From contig CAVSLX010000012.1 of assembly GCA_963728735.1 (NCBI GenBank), positions 140,044-204,043 on the forward strand: a DNA stretch of 64,000 nucleotides. Direction: 5' to 3'. The DNA is from an uncultured Actinomycetes bacterium (GTDB lineage Bacteria; Actinomycetota; UBA4738; HRBIN12). Below, piece by piece: positions 1 through 9,872 of the stretch; position 1 is the stretch's first letter, and every line of letters begins with the position of its first letter. The notes beneath the pieces were generated by a model that did no database searches, had not been told where the DNA came from, and saw only the letters and a program-made list of their open reading frames with translations. Both the position numbers and the translations under genes were made by a program.

Positions 1-150
1 GCTGTGTCCCGCGTGTTCATCGTGACCGCCATGCCCGCCGTGACCGCCATGGCCCTCGTGCCCGTCGTGACCCGCGTGCGCGTCGTGCCCGCCGTGCGGA
101 CCGCTGCCAGCCCTGTCGTCGTGGTCGCTGGTCGTCTCGGGGTGCTCCAC
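1..150 (-). CDS. N-terminus of a histidine-rich (probable metal-binding) protein; gene runs off the left edge
   Basis: Own minus-strand translation from GTG 150..148: VEHPETTSDHDDRAGSGPHGGHDAHAGHDGHEGHGGHGGHGGHDEHAGHS, open to position 1. Too short for the ORF track. Preceded by promoter-like hexamers and a palindrome. Confidence 0.4.
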   Translation of the reverse strand, partial: MEHPETTSDHDDRAGSGPHGGHDAHAGHDGHEGHGGHGGHGGHDEHAGHS

Positions 151-160
151 GCCAGTGATG

Positions 161-177
161 ATACCCCCTAGGGGTAT
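161..177 (-). promoter_or_regulatory. 7-3-7 perfect inverted repeat ATACCCC-CTA-GGGGTAT, CsoR/RcnR-type operator-like, between -35-like TTGATA (184..179) and -10-like TATCAT (163..158) of the His-rich gene
   Basis: Read directly. On the minus strand: TTGATA-N15-TATCAT-N7-GTG. The palindrome fills the spacer and overlaps the -10 hexamer. Confidence 0.4.
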
Positions 178-207
178 ATATCAACTACGCATGCCCGGCC
201 GCCGAGC

Positions 208-1707
208 TCAGCCGACGGCCTTGATGATCTCCTCGGACAGCTGGGTGAACTGCTGGAGGTGCGCCACCCGATCGGCCTTCAGACGTTCGACGAAGCCGGC
301 GTACTCCTCGCCGCGGCCCTGGCGCTCGTAGAGCTTCCGAGGCTGGAGCAGTTCTGGATCCTCGAGGCCGGGCACGTCGGTCGCGACCTCGTAGCCGAAG
401 TCGGGGTCGCGCTCGAACACGATCGTCTGCTCGGCGATCCCCTTCACACACGCGGAGGTGTGCGGGATCTTCACCTTCTTCGACCGCTCGTCGTCGTCCT
501 TGCCACCGACCCTGCCCGTGTTGAGCAGGTAGGTGTCGATCGGGTGGGTCTCGAGCAGCTCGAGGAGCCGGTTGCCCTGCAGGCCGTGGGGGAGCGGGAA
601 GAACGGATTGGTGCCGGGGACCCGCAGGAACTTCCCTTCCTCGGCGGCGCCGCCTGCCGCGGTGCCCGTCGTTTCGCCGAGCATGAAGTACGCCGCGGCT
701 TGTTCCTGCGACAGGCGGGCAACGGCCGGGATGATGTTCTCGTTCCGGTTGAGGATCAAGAGGTAATCGACCGGGCCGACGTTCCGTGCGTCCTCGTGCG
801 AGAGCAGGTCGGCCATCTCGAAGACCGCTCGCCCGTTCTTCGTGTAGTGCTCGTTGGAGAAATCGACGCGACCCTCGCCGTCTTGGTAAACGTTCTCGAG
901 GTACGTGTTCGGCTTGACGACCGCGCCGTGGATCGAGGGCTCGAAGTCGGGGTCGAGCGCGAACGTCTTGGCGAAGCAGCCGTTCTCGGTCCCGTAGGCC
1001 TTGCCGCCGGGCATCAGGCCGACGAAGTCGTCTTGGATCGGGTTCGAACCGTTCTGCGTCGTGAAGGTCGTCGTCGTCTTGCCGGTTCCCGAGAGACCGA
1101 TGATCATGAAGACCTTGTCGCCGCGGGGGGTCGGGATGACCTTCAGGCCGGCGTGCAGCGCGAGTCCTCCTTTGCCGTAGACGATGTCGTTCCACATGCG
1201 GAGGCCGCCCTTCTTCGACTCGCCGAAGTAGTCGGAATGCAGGACGCGCGTCACGTAATGGTCGAGGTCCACGGCGATCACGCGATCCCCCGGGAACCCC
1301 TTCGCGGCGAGCCCAGGCGTGTAGATCACCTGGACGGCCGGCTCGGCATCATCGCTCCGTTCGAAGTAGAGCTTCTGCTGCATGCCCGCGATGTTCGCGT
1401 AGCGCTTCTCCATCAGCAGGCGCGCGGCCGTCCGCATCTCGGGATCGTTCCCGATGTAACCGTCGATCTGGATCATGTCGTGCTCGGCGATGTAGGCATC
1501 CTGCAGCGCCGCGATCTCGTCGTACTGCTCGCGTGTCATGGTCTTGCCGCTCGACTCGCGATCGACGACGTAGGTGCTGCCGGCCGAACGGGACAGGACG
1601 GTCGTGTGGGTGTTGGTGCTGCCGAACTCGGAGATGCTCGTCTCAGGCATCTCTTCGGTGAATGCCCGGAGCTGTTCGGGCGTGGGATTGACGTACACCT
1701 CTGCCAA
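208..1707 (-). CDS. pckA: phosphoenolpyruvate carboxykinase (ATP-dependent)
   Basis: ORF 208..2097 contains the ATP-PEPCK kinase-1a motif GLSGTGKTTTTF and conserved FEPSIHGAVV and RNENIIPAV regions. Start trimmed to TTG 1707, 7 nt after GAGGAGG. The upstream 130 codons are Arg/Ser-rich junk. Confidence 0.9.
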   Translation of the reverse strand: MAEVYVNPTPEQLRAFTEEMPETSISEFGSTNTHTTVLSRSAGSTYVVDRESSGKTMTREQYDEIAALQDAYIAEHDMIQIDGYIGNDPEMRTAARLLMEKRYANIAGMQQKLYFERSDDAEPAVQVIYTPGLAAKGFPGDRVIAVDLDHYVTRVLHSDYFGESKKGGLRMWNDIVYGKGGLALHAGLKVIPTPRGDKVFMIIGLSGTGKTTTTFTTQNGSNPIQDDFVGLMPGGKAYGTENGCFAKTFALDPDFEPSIHGAVVKPNTYLENVYQDGEGRVDFSNEHYTKNGRAVFEMADLLSHEDARNVGPVDYLLILNRNENIIPAVARLSQEQAAAYFMLGETTGTAAGGAAEEGKFLRVPGTNPFFPLPHGLQGNRLLELLETHPIDTYLLNTGRVGGKDDDERSKKVKIPHTSACVKGIAEQTIVFERDPDFGYEVATDVPGLEDPELLQPRKLYERQGRGEEYAGFVERLKADRVAHLQQFTQLSEEIIKAVG

Positions 1708-1861
1708 CGTGGGGCCTCCTCGGCGGTGGGTCCCGCGGCGGCAAACGTGCCTGCGGGCATCTCGGTCGTTCGTCGAAGGCCTAGAGTCTAGCGAAACGGT
1801 GCAGCGTACCTCGGTCGCCCCGGGGCGTGTATCCGCGCCGCGTGATCGGAGGGAACGGCCG

Positions 1862-2815
1862 ATGGAGGTCGCTGAGGACGAGCTGCTCGCAGCGATCGCC
1901 CGTGTGCTCTCCGATGAGGCCGAGGACCTGGTGGTCGGCGTCGGCGACGACGCCGCGGTCCTTCGCCCCGGCCGAGGCGACCTGGTCCTCACGACCGACT
2001 CGCTCGTCGAAGGGACGCATTTCGTCCGGCGATCGTCGGCGCCGCGCGACCTCGGATACCGAGCGATCGCGGTGAACCTGAGCGATGTCGCCGCCATGGG
2101 CGCGGCACCCCGCTACGCGCTCGCGGCGCTTGCTCTCTCGCCCGAGACCGACGCGGCGTGGGTGATCGAGCTCCTCGGCGGCATGCGCGACGCGTGCGCC
2201 GAGCACGGGGGCCTGCTCGTCGGCGGCAACCTCGCGCGTGGGACCGAGATCTCGATCGCCGTCACGGTGACGGGAGAGGTCGCGCCCGGTCGGGCCGTGA
2301 CGCGTCGCGGTGCTCGCCCCGGCGACGCGATCGTGGTGACGGGCGATCTCGGTTCGGCGGCGGCGGGCCGGCGGCTCCGCGAGCGAGGTCCGGCGTGGGA
2401 CGACCAGGAGCTCGGGGCGATCCGTCGTGCCGAGCGGCCGATCGCGCGCGTCGCCGAGGGGCAGGTCCTCGCCCGGCACGGCGCGACGTCGATGATGGAC
2501 ATCTCCGACGGGCTCGCGCTCGATCTGTCGCGCCTGTGCGACGCGAGCGGCGTCGGCGCGCGGCTGGTGCTCGAGGATCTGCCGAAAGGGCCGTGCGCGA
2601 CGCTCGAGGAGGTCCTCGGCGGCGGTGAGGACTACGAGCTGGTGGCGACGATCCCGCCCGAGCGGGTCACGCCGGGACGTCGCGAACTCCACGAGCAGCT
2701 GGGGGTGGCGCTCACCAGCATCGGCCGGATCGTCGAGGGAACCGGTCTCGGTGCCGTCGACGCCGAGGGCAACGAGGCTCCGTTGCCCCCCAGCGGCTGG
2801 AGGCATTTCCGGTGA
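1862..2815 (+). CDS. thiL: thiamine-monophosphate kinase
   Basis: [52 protein letters not shown] is typical ThiL/AIR-synthase-like. ATG 1862 lies within ORF 1574..2815. Confidence 0.9.
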   Translation: MEVAEDELLAAIARVLSDEAEDLVVGVGDDAAVLRPGRGDLVLTTDSLVEGTHFVRRSSAPRDLGYRAIAVNLSDVAAMGAAPRYALAALALSPETDAAWVIELLGGMRDACAEHGGLLVGGNLARGTEISIAVTVTGEVAPGRAVTRRGARPGDAIVVTGDLGSAAAGRRLRERGPAWDDQELGAIRRAERPIARVAEGQVLARHGATSMMDISDGLALDLSRLCDASGVGARLVLEDLPKGPCATLEEVLGGGEDYELVATIPPERVTPGRRELHEQLGVALTSIGRIVEGTGLGAVDAEGNEAPLPPSGWRHFR

Positions 2816-3651
2816 TCGGGAGCAAGACCGTGACCGGTGACCGGCGGGTCGGCACCCGACCACGGATCCTCACCATCGCGGGAAGCGACTCGGGCGGGGG
2901 CGCGGGGATCCAGGCCGACCTCAAGACCTTCAGCGCCCTCGGCGCGTTCGGCATGACGGCGATCACGGCCGTCACGGTGCAGAACTCAGAAGGCGTGCAG
3001 GGGTTCGAGGCGCTCTCGGCGTCGCTCGTGCGCGATCAGATCCACGCCGTGGTGACCGACATCGGGGTCGACGCCGCGAAGACGGGCATGCTGGCGAACG
3101 CCGAGATCGTCGGCGCGACCGCCGGCTCGATCGCGGACACCGGCGTGCCGAACCTCGTGATCGACCCGGTCTTCGTGTCCAAACACGGCCACCCGCTGCT
3201 CGCCGCCGACGCGGTCGCCGCGCTGCGGGGACAGCTCCTGCCGCTCGCGACGATCGTGACCCCGAACCTGCGGGAGGCCGCCGGGCTGGCCGACCTTGCC
3301 GTCGTGACGCGCGACGACATGCGGCGTGCGGCCGGCGTCATCCTCGAGCTCGGGCCGGCCGCGGTCCTCGTGAAGGGTGGCCACCTCGACGGTGCATCCG
3401 ACGCGGCGGACCTGTTCGTGACGGCCGAGGCCGAGGAGTGGCTCGTGGCCGAACGGATCGACACCCCCCATACCCACGGGACGGGGTGCACCCTCTCGGC
3501 GGCGATCGCCGTGCATCTCGGGGCGGGGATGCCGCTCCTCGAGGCCGCCCGGGGCGCGAAGGCGTTCGTCACCGAAGCCATCCGGGCCGCGGTTCCGATG
3601 GGGAGGGGGATCGGTCCGGTCGACCATCTCTGGTCCGTCGGACGGTCCTGA
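2812..3651 (+). CDS. thiD: hydroxymethylpyrimidine/phosphomethylpyrimidine kinase
   Basis: [56 protein letters not shown] start/stop overlap with thiL. Confidence 0.9.
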   Translation: MIGSKTVTGDRRVGTRPRILTIAGSDSGGGAGIQADLKTFSALGAFGMTAITAVTVQNSEGVQGFEALSASLVRDQIHAVVTDIGVDAAKTGMLANAEIVGATAGSIADTGVPNLVIDPVFVSKHGHPLLAADAVAALRGQLLPLATIVTPNLREAAGLADLAVVTRDDMRRAAGVILELGPAAVLVKGGHLDGASDAADLFVTAEAEEWLVAERIDTPHTHGTGCTLSAAIAVHLGAGMPLLEAARGAKAFVTEAIRAAVPMGRGIGPVDHLWSVGRS

Positions 3652-3661
3652 GGGTGGGCGC

Positions 3662-3859
3662 TCAGCCGTGCGAGGGCCGCAGGACCTTGTCGGCCTTGAT
3701 GCAGCTCGTGCACACGTTGATCCGGCGCGGGGAACCGTCGACGATCGCCCGCACGCGCTGGATGTTCGGGTCCCAGCGGCGGTTGTTCCGCTTGTGGGAG
3801 AACGTCACGGACTTCCCGAACCACGGCTTCTTGCCACAGATCTCGCACACGGCTGCCAT
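3662..3859 (-). CDS. rpmB: 50S ribosomal protein L28
   Basis: MAAVCEICGKKPWFGKSVTFSHKRNNRRWDPNIQRVRAIVDGSPRRINVCTSCIKA. Internal ATG 3859 chosen. Confidence 0.9.
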   Translation of the reverse strand: MAAVCEICGKKPWFGKSVTFSHKRNNRRWDPNIQRVRAIVDGSPRRINVCTSCIKADKVLRPSHG

Positions 3860-3907
3860 ACGGCCGACCACGGTACCAGACGCCCGATCCCGGTCCCGGG
3901 GCGCCGA

Positions 3908-4462
3908 TCAGGCAGCGATCGCGCGGAGGTTGGCATCGAGCTCGTCCGCGCCGATCTCACCCGTGACCTTGCCCACGAGGGTTCCCTCGCGATCGTAGAA
4001 GGCGGTCACGGGTTGTCCGAGAGCTCCGATCGCGTCGCGCGTGGCCCCGGAAGGGTCGAAGAAGCTCGGGTACGGAAGGGCGAAGTCCCGAACGAACCCC
4101 TCCGCGTCCGCGCGCGCGTCGAGGATGTCGACGCCGACGAACTGCACGTCTGCCCCGTAGGCGCCGTGTGCATCCCGGAGCAACGGGGCCTCGCGCTTGC
4201 ACGGCTCGCACCACGACGCCCAGAAGTTGACGACGACCGGTGTCCCCCTGAGCTGGCCGAGCAGCGCGCGGTACCCGTCGACGTCGATCGTCGGGAGCGC
4301 ATCGGTCGTCGTGGGCAGCGAGGTGGCCCGGACGGCGTTGGCCGCGGGGGTCGTCCCGACCGACGACACGGCTCCTTCGTTGCCGCACGACACGAGGGCG
4401 CTCAGTGCCACGACGGCGAGCAGCCGACGCGCGCGGCGGCGGGGTGGTTCCGGCAGGGTCAC
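3908..4462 (-). CDS. TlpA/ResA-like thiol:disulfide oxidoreductase lipoprotein
   Basis: Thioredoxin-fold motif VVVNFWASWCEPCKREAP. N-terminus VTLPEPPRRRARRLLAVVALSALVSCG has a lipobox-like LVSC. GTG 4462. Confidence 0.75.
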   Translation of the reverse strand: MTLPEPPRRRARRLLAVVALSALVSCGNEGAVSSVGTTPAANAVRATSLPTTTDALPTIDVDGYRALLGQLRGTPVVVNFWASWCEPCKREAPLLRDAHGAYGADVQFVGVDILDARADAEGFVRDFALPYPSFFDPSGATRDAIGALGQPVTAFYDREGTLVGKVTGEIGADELDANLRAIAA

Positions 4463-4502
4463 GAGGGCATGGTAGAACCCGTGACAGCGTGAGGTGCCCC
4501 CG

Positions 4503-6731
4503 ATGCCGCTGACCCTCGACGCCTCGATCCTCGAGATCGACCGCCGTCTCGCCACCCGTCGCACGGGCGTGCGCCAGCGATCGGTCGGGGCCCACGTCGT
4601 GTTGGCCGACGGGCTCGGCATCCACACGGTCGACGAGCTGCTGCATCATTACCCCAGGCGCTACATCGATCGGTCGAAGGTCTCCCCGATCCGCTCACTG
4701 CGCCTCGGCCAGTACGCGACGGTCATCGGCACCGTGCGCAAGGTGACGAAGCGGCTCACCCGCCGACGCCAGTCGATGGTGACGGTTACGCTCGCCGACG
4801 GCACCGGTTTCCTCGACCTCACCTTCTTCAACCAACCGTGGGCGGCAGCGCAGTACCACGAAGCCACCGAGGTGGCCGTCTCGGGCGTGGCGTCTCGCTA
4901 CAAGGGCCGTCTCCAGTTCCAGAACCAAGAGGTCGAGGTGCTGCGCGGCGACGAGCGCGATCTCGTGCACACCGGCCGGATCACACCGGTCCATCCCGCG
5001 AGCGAGGGATTGTCGCCGCGGACGATTCGCGAGCTCGTGCACCGGGCGATCGAGCGCCTCCCGACGATCCCGGATCCGATGCCGGCGGAGATCGTGGCCG
5101 CCGAGGGCCTCGTCGATCGCGACACGGCGCTCCGCCACGTGCATTTCCCGTCTGACGACGCGGAGCTCGCCGCGGCTCGGGAGCGGCTGAAGTTCGACGA
5201 GCTGTTCACCCTGGAGCTCGGGGTGGGGTTCCGGAAGCACCGCGTGGCGGCCGACGCGAGAGGGATCGCCCACGACGCCGCAACCCCGCTCCCGGAACGA
5301 CTCCTCGCGACGGTGCCCTTCGAGCCGACGAAGGCGCAGCTGCGCGCGATCGACGAGGTGTCGACGGCGATGGCGGCGCCCACGCCCATGAACGTGCTGC
5401 TGCAAGGCGACGTCGGCTCCGGCAAGACCTTGGTCGCGCTGCACGCGTGCCTCGTCGCGATCGGCAGCGGGCATCAGGCCGCGATCATGGCGCCGACCGA
5501 GGTGCTCGCCGGTCAGCACGAACGCTCGGTCGCCGCTCTCCTCGAAGGGGTCGGCGCAGTCCCGTACCTCGATCGGGGTGGCGACGCGAAGCGCGAGCGC
5601 GATCAGGTGTCGCTCTTCGAGGCGCCTTCGGCGCCTGACGTTGCCGTCGAAGCGGCTGAGTCCGCGCCGGGCCTCACGTACGCGCTGCTCACCGGGTCGG
5701 TGACGGGCCGAGATCGCGAGCGGGTGCTGGCCGGGGTCGCCGACGGATCGGTCGATCTGCTGGTCGGTACGCACGCGCTCGTGCAGGAGTCGGTCGCGTT
5801 CGCCGACCTCTCGCTCGCGATCGTCGACGAACAGCACCGGTTCGGATTGCATCAGCGCATGGCGCTCAAGGGCAAGGGACGCGACATCGACGTCCTGATC
5901 ATGACCGCGACGCCGATACCTCGAACGCTCGCGCTGACCTACTACGGCGACCTCGACGTGGTCGTGCTCGACGAGCTGCCGGCAGGTCGGCGGCCGATCG
6001 AAACCAGAGCCGTGCGTACCGAGCTCGAGCGCGCCGCCGCCTACGACCTCGTCCGGGCACAGGTCGCACAGGGGCGGCAGGCGTTCGTGGTCTGTGCGGC
6101 CATCGACGAGGGGAATCGCACGCAGGTGAAGGCGGCCGAGGCAGAGGCCGTGCACCTTGCGACCGAGGTCTTCCCGGAACTGCGGGTCGAGCTCCTCCAC
6201 GGCCGCATGCGACCGAAGGAGAAGCAGCGGATCATGGACACGTTCCGTTCCGGCGAGGCGCATCTCCTCATCTCGACGACGGTGATCGAGGTCGGGGTCG
6301 ACGTGCCGAACGCGAGCGTGATGCTCGTAGAGAACGCCGAGCGGTTCGGCCTCGCCCAGCTCCATCAGCTCCGCGGCCGGATCGGTCGCGGCGCCCATGA
6401 GTCCTTCTGCGTGCTCTTCGACGAATCCGACGAGACGAACCTCGAGGCACGCGCGCGCCTCCAGGCCATGGTCCGCACGACCGACGGGTTCGAGCTCGCC
6501 GACGACGATCTCCGCCTCCGCGGTGAGGGCACGCTCTTCGACACTCGGCAGTCGGGCATGCCCGATCTCAAGCTGGCGCGCCTCGCCGACGACCTCGATC
6601 TCGTCCGGCGAGCCCGGGACCGGGCGTTCTCGCTGCTCGTCGACGATCCAACGCTCGCCGACCATCCGGCGCTCGGTGACGAGCTTCGGGCGAGGTTCTC
6701 CCGTTCGATCGAGTGGCTCTTCGCCTCATAG
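4503..6731 (+). CDS. recG: ATP-dependent DNA helicase RecG
   Basis: Wedge/OB N-terminus, Walker A GDVGSGKT, DEQHRFG, and the C-terminal TRG-like region QLHQLRGRIGRG. Confidence 0.9.
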   Translation: MPLTLDASILEIDRRLATRRTGVRQRSVGAHVVLADGLGIHTVDELLHHYPRRYIDRSKVSPIRSLRLGQYATVIGTVRKVTKRLTRRRQSMVTVTLADGTGFLDLTFFNQPWAAAQYHEATEVAVSGVASRYKGRLQFQNQEVEVLRGDERDLVHTGRITPVHPASEGLSPRTIRELVHRAIERLPTIPDPMPAEIVAAEGLVDRDTALRHVHFPSDDAELAAARERLKFDELFTLELGVGFRKHRVAADARGIAHDAATPLPERLLATVPFEPTKAQLRAIDEVSTAMAAPTPMNVLLQGDVGSGKTLVALHACLVAIGSGHQAAIMAPTEVLAGQHERSVAALLEGVGAVPYLDRGGDAKRERDQVSLFEAPSAPDVAVEAAESAPGLTYALLTGSVTGRDRERVLAGVADGSVDLLVGTHALVQESVAFADLSLAIVDEQHRFGLHQRMALKGKGRDIDVLIMTATPIPRTLALTYYGDLDVVVLDELPAGRRPIETRAVRTELERAAAYDLVRAQVAQGRQAFVVCAAIDEGNRTQVKAAEAEAVHLATEVFPELRVELLHGRMRPKEKQRIMDTFRSGEAHLLISTTVIEVGVDVPNASVMLVENAERFGLAQLHQLRGRIGRGAHESFCVLFDESDETNLEARARLQAMVRTTDGFELADDDLRLRGEGTLFDTRQSGMPDLKLARLADDLDLVRRARDRAFSLLVDDPTLADHPALGDELRARFSRSIEWLFAS

Positions 6732-6759
6732 CTCCTCGTCGCCGGGCTAATCTCGACGG

Positions 6760-7323
6760 ATGCGGGTGATCGCCGGGTCGGCGCGCGGCATGAAGCTGTT
6801 GCCGCCGGCGCCGGGGACGCGGCCGGTGGCCGACCGCGCCCGCGAGGGGCTCTTCTCGAGCCTCGGTGAGCGGGTGGTCGGCGCCGCCTGTCTGGACCTG
6901 TTCGCCGGTACCGGCGCCCTCGGGATCGAAGCCCTCTCGAGAGGCGCGGCTCGCTGCACCTTCGTCGATCGTTCGCACCGGGCGATCGCGACGATCCACG
7001 GCAACCTCGAGCGCACCCACCTGGCGGACCGGGGGATCCTGGTGACCCGCGACGTCGGTACCTACCTGCAGGAACGTCCGCGCGGGCACGAGGTGGTCGA
7101 TCTGGCGTTCGTCGATCCGCCCTACGAGTTGGAAGGCGCGGCACTGGACGACGTGCTGGCCCGCCTCGATCGGACCTGGCTGCCGGCCGAAGGCTGGACA
7201 GTGGTCGTGACCCGCGGTCACAAAGGTTCGCTGCCTGCGGTTCCGGTACACTGGGCCGCCCGGAGGCAGCTCCGCTACGGAGACAGCCTCGTGATCGCGT
7301 ACCAGGAGGTTGGATGGGCCTGA
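6760..7323 (+). CDS. rsmD: 16S rRNA (guanine966-N2)-methyltransferase
   Basis: MRVIAGSARGMKL..RPVADRAREGLFSSL..DLFAGTGALGIEALSRGA..FVDPPY. Confidence 0.85.
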   Translation: MRVIAGSARGMKLLPPAPGTRPVADRAREGLFSSLGERVVGAACLDLFAGTGALGIEALSRGAARCTFVDRSHRAIATIHGNLERTHLADRGILVTRDVGTYLQERPRGHEVVDLAFVDPPYELEGAALDDVLARLDRTWLPAEGWTVVVTRGHKGSLPAVPVHWAARRQLRYGDSLVIAYQEVGWA

Positions 7324-7811
7324 CCGCCCTGTGTCCGGGCACTTTCGACCCCGTGACGAACGGGCACCTGGACATCATCGGGCGCACCAGCCAAGCCTTC
7401 GATGACGTCGTCGTGGGGGTCTTGGAGAACCCGTCCAAGCAGCCACTGTTCACGGTCGAGGAGCGGGTGGCGCTCCTCGGTGAGGCCGTCCAGGCGCTGC
7501 CCGGCTTCCGGGGCAACGTCCGGGTCGGATCGTTCCACGGCCTGCTCGTTGACCATGCGAAGTCCCAGGGTGCCAGCGTGATCGTGAAGGGCCTTCGGGC
7601 CGTATCGGACTACGAATACGAGATCCAGATGGCACAGATGAACCTCAGGATCGGCGAGGTCGAGACCCTGTTCATGCCGACGAATCCGCGGTGGTCGTTC
7701 CTGTCGTCTTCGCTCGTCAGGGAGGTCGCCCGCTTCGGTGGCGATGTCGAAGGGCTCGTTCCCGACCACGTGCGCAAGGCGCTCGTCGACCGCCTGAACG
7801 GAGACGCGTAG
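7314..7811 (+). CDS. coaD: phosphopantetheine adenylyltransferase
   Basis: CPGTFDPVTNGHLDIIGR..VKGLRAVSDYEYE. AGGAGG lies 4 nt upstream. Overlaps the rsmD stop. Confidence 0.9.
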   Translation: MGLTALCPGTFDPVTNGHLDIIGRTSQAFDDVVVGVLENPSKQPLFTVEERVALLGEAVQALPGFRGNVRVGSFHGLLVDHAKSQGASVIVKGLRAVSDYEYEIQMAQMNLRIGEVETLFMPTNPRWSFLSSSLVREVARFGGDVEGLVPDHVRKALVDRLNGDA

Positions 7812-8402
7812 ATGGATATCGCCGGTCGGCTACAGCAGCTCGAGGAGCTCGTCCACGAGGCGAAGTCGATGCCCCTGTCCTCATCGGTCTTGATCAACCG
7901 CGACGAGGTGCTCGAGATGCTTCGACAGATGCAGGAAGACCTGCCCGAGGAGATCAAGCAGGCCCGCTGGATCGTGAAGGATCGCGAGGAGCTCCTCGCC
8001 AAGGCCCGGGCCGAAGGGGACAAGATCGTGGCGCAGGCCCACGACGAGCAGCTGCGCCTGGCGCGCAAGGAGGAGATCGCGAAGCGCGCTGGCGACGAGG
8101 CCGATCGCATCGTGACCGAGTCCGAGGAAAAGGCTCGCTCGATGCGCGAGGAGGCCGAGGACTACGTCGACGCGAAGCTCGCGCAGTTCGAGATCGCGTT
8201 GCGGAAGATCCTCGAGGACTCGCAGCACACGAGCCGCGCCCTCGCGAAGACCCTCGATCAGGTGGAGGTCGGCCGCGAACGGCTCCGTGGCGCGCCCACC
8301 ACCACCGCCGAGCAGCGACTCGGGATCGATGCCGAGCCCGAGACCGAGTCGGTGCCCGAGACGCCCTTCTACGACGACGAACAGGACGCCGACCGAGCAT
8401 GA
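7812..8402 (+). CDS. DivIVA-like coiled-coil protein (position of mycobacterial SepIVA-type gene)
   Basis: Charged heptad-rich sequence (LEELVHEAKS..EEIKQARWIVKDREELLAKARAEGDKIV..). Sits in the conserved slot between coaD and DUF177 in actinobacteria (recalled). Confidence 0.5.
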   Translation: MDIAGRLQQLEELVHEAKSMPLSSSVLINRDEVLEMLRQMQEDLPEEIKQARWIVKDREELLAKARAEGDKIVAQAHDEQLRLARKEEIAKRAGDEADRIVTESEEKARSMREEAEDYVDAKLAQFEIALRKILEDSQHTSRALAKTLDQVEVGRERLRGAPTTTAEQRLGIDAEPETESVPETPFYDDEQDADRA

Positions 8403-8920
8403 GCCTGGCCACGATCGACGTGCACGACCTGGTGGGGCATCCGGGAGCGTCCCGCGAGCTCTCGATCCTCGGCACCCTCGAAGGTCTCGGCTCCGAACTC
8501 GCGCGCGTCCCCGACGACACGCCGATCGAAGGAGCCCTGCTGCTCGAGTCGGTCGTCGAGGGGATCCTCGTCTCGGGTCGCCTGCGTGGGACGTGGCAAC
8601 TGCGATGCGCACGCTGCCTGATCGGGTTCGAGCAGCCCTTCTCGGTCGACGTGCATGAGCTGTTCGTCGAGCGACCGGGCGACGACGACGACGCGTACCC
8701 GCTCGACGCGGGTGCCGGGATCGATCCCGACCAGATGGTGCGCGACACCGTCGGTGTCGAGCTCCCGTTCTCGCCGCTGTGTCGTCCCGACTGCCGCGGG
8801 CTGTGCGAGGTCTGCGGCGGGAACCGGAACCTCGATGAGTGCCCGGGACACGAGCAGGTCGATCCGCGTTTCACCGTGCTGAGCGACCTCTTGCTCGAGT
8901 TCCCCGACGACCCGAACTAA
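8399..8920 (+). CDS. yceD: YceD/DUF177 family protein (ribosome large-subunit accumulation)
   Basis: ATGA overlap with the preceding gene. C-terminal Cys cluster [21 protein letters not shown]. Immediately upstream of rpmF, as is usual. Confidence 0.8.
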   Translation: MSLATIDVHDLVGHPGASRELSILGTLEGLGSELARVPDDTPIEGALLLESVVEGILVSGRLRGTWQLRCARCLIGFEQPFSVDVHELFVERPGDDDDAYPLDAGAGIDPDQMVRDTVGVELPFSPLCRPDCRGLCEVCGGNRNLDECPGHEQVDPRFTVLSDLLLEFPDDPN

Positions 8921-8965
8921 CGACACGACGACCGACCGAGCGCACGAACCGAAGAAAGGGATCCG

Positions 8966-9142
8966 ATGGCCGTTCCCAAGAAGAAGCAGAGCAAGTCAAG
9001 GACCGCCAAGCGGCGCGCGACGTGGAAGGCCGAGGCCCCCACCTACAGCGAGTGCCCACAGTGCCGCCAGCCCAAGCTCCCTCATCGCGTATGTGGCAAC
9101 TGCGGCTACTACGCCGGCCGGCAGGCGGTGGAGGTCGAATAG
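8966..9142 (+). CDS. rpmF: 50S ribosomal protein L32
   Basis: Own translation: [58 protein letters not shown] (58 aa, below the ORF-track cut-off). GAAAGGG lies upstream. Confidence 0.85.
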   Translation: MAVPKKKQSKSRTAKRRATWKAEAPTYSECPQCRQPKLPHRVCGNCGYYAGRQAVEVE

Positions 9143-9146
9143 CCGC

Positions 9147-9869
9147 GTGCCTCAGGCTCCTGCCGTGACGCCCCCCGAGACGCTCGACCGCGCGCTCGGG
9201 GTTGCGCTTCGAGATCCGGAACTGCGCGAGACCGCGCTGACGCACCGATCCTTCGCGTTCGAGCGTGGGCTCACCGTAACGAACGAGCGCCTCGAGTTCC
9301 TCGGCGACTCGGTGCTGGGACTCGTCGTGACCGACATGGCCTACCTCGCCTTCCCGGAGCTGCCCGAGGGCCAGCTCGCCAAGCTCCGCGCCGCGGTCGT
9401 CAACATGACGGCGCTCGCCGACGTCGCACGGTCCCTGGATCTTGGCTCGGTGATCCTCCTCGGCAAGGGCGAGGAACGATCGGGCGGGCGTGACAAGGCC
9501 AGCATCCTGGCCGACACCCTCGAGGCCGTGTTCGGCGCGGTGTACCTCGATCTGGGACTCGACGTCACCCGAACCCTGATCGAGCGGCTCTTCCGCCCGC
9601 GCATGGACGCCTACGTACGCGGTGAGGGTGACCGCGATCACAAGACGATCTTGCAGGAGCTCGCATCCCAGGAGCTCCACGCGATGCCCGAATACCGGCT
9701 CGAGGAACGAGGGCCCGATCACGAGAAGGAGTTCACCGCCACGGTCCATGTGGCCGGAGAGGAGCTGGGCGCTGGCACGGGGCGGTCGAAGAAGGAGGCC
9801 GAGCAGCAAGCCGCGCGCGAGGCGTTCAACCGCTTGACCGCGCGCTCGGCAGGAGCGGAGGGGGGCTAG
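9147..9869 (+). CDS. rnc: ribonuclease III
   Basis: [15 protein letters not shown] signature, [13 protein letters not shown], and a dsRBD ([21 protein letters not shown]). GTG 9147 lies just after the rpmF stop. Confidence 0.9.
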   Translation: MPQAPAVTPPETLDRALGVALRDPELRETALTHRSFAFERGLTVTNERLEFLGDSVLGLVVTDMAYLAFPELPEGQLAKLRAAVVNMTALADVARSLDLGSVILLGKGEERSGGRDKASILADTLEAVFGAVYLDLGLDVTRTLIERLFRPRMDAYVRGEGDRDHKTILQELASQELHAMPEYRLEERGPDHEKEFTATVHVAGEELGAGTGRSKKEAEQQAAREAFNRLTARSAGAEGG

Positions 9870-9872
9870 GGC

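Noticed and set aside
161-177. The ATACCCC-CTA-GGGGTAT palindrome as the intrinsic terminator of pckA
   Set aside because: On the minus strand it has only a 7-bp stem and a 3-nt loop, and is followed by CATCACTGG rather than a U-tract. Its position between -35/-10-like hexamers fits an operator better. A dual role cannot be excluded.
1708-1861. Possible TPP riboswitch upstream of thiL-thiD
   Set aside because: I could not see the conserved CUGAGA / ACCUGAUCUGGAUAAUGCCAGCG-type core elements in the 150-nt spacer. A covariance-model scan (Rfam RF00059) would be decisive.
1574-1861. N-terminal extensions offered by the ORF track: thiL from 1574, pckA to 2097, acyP from 12143, proS from 50096, the kinase fusion to 63581
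   Set aside because: The extensions are Arg/Ser/Pro-rich, overlap neighbouring genes or spacers, and precede better starts with an RBS or stop/start coupling. The trimmed coordinates give family-typical lengths.
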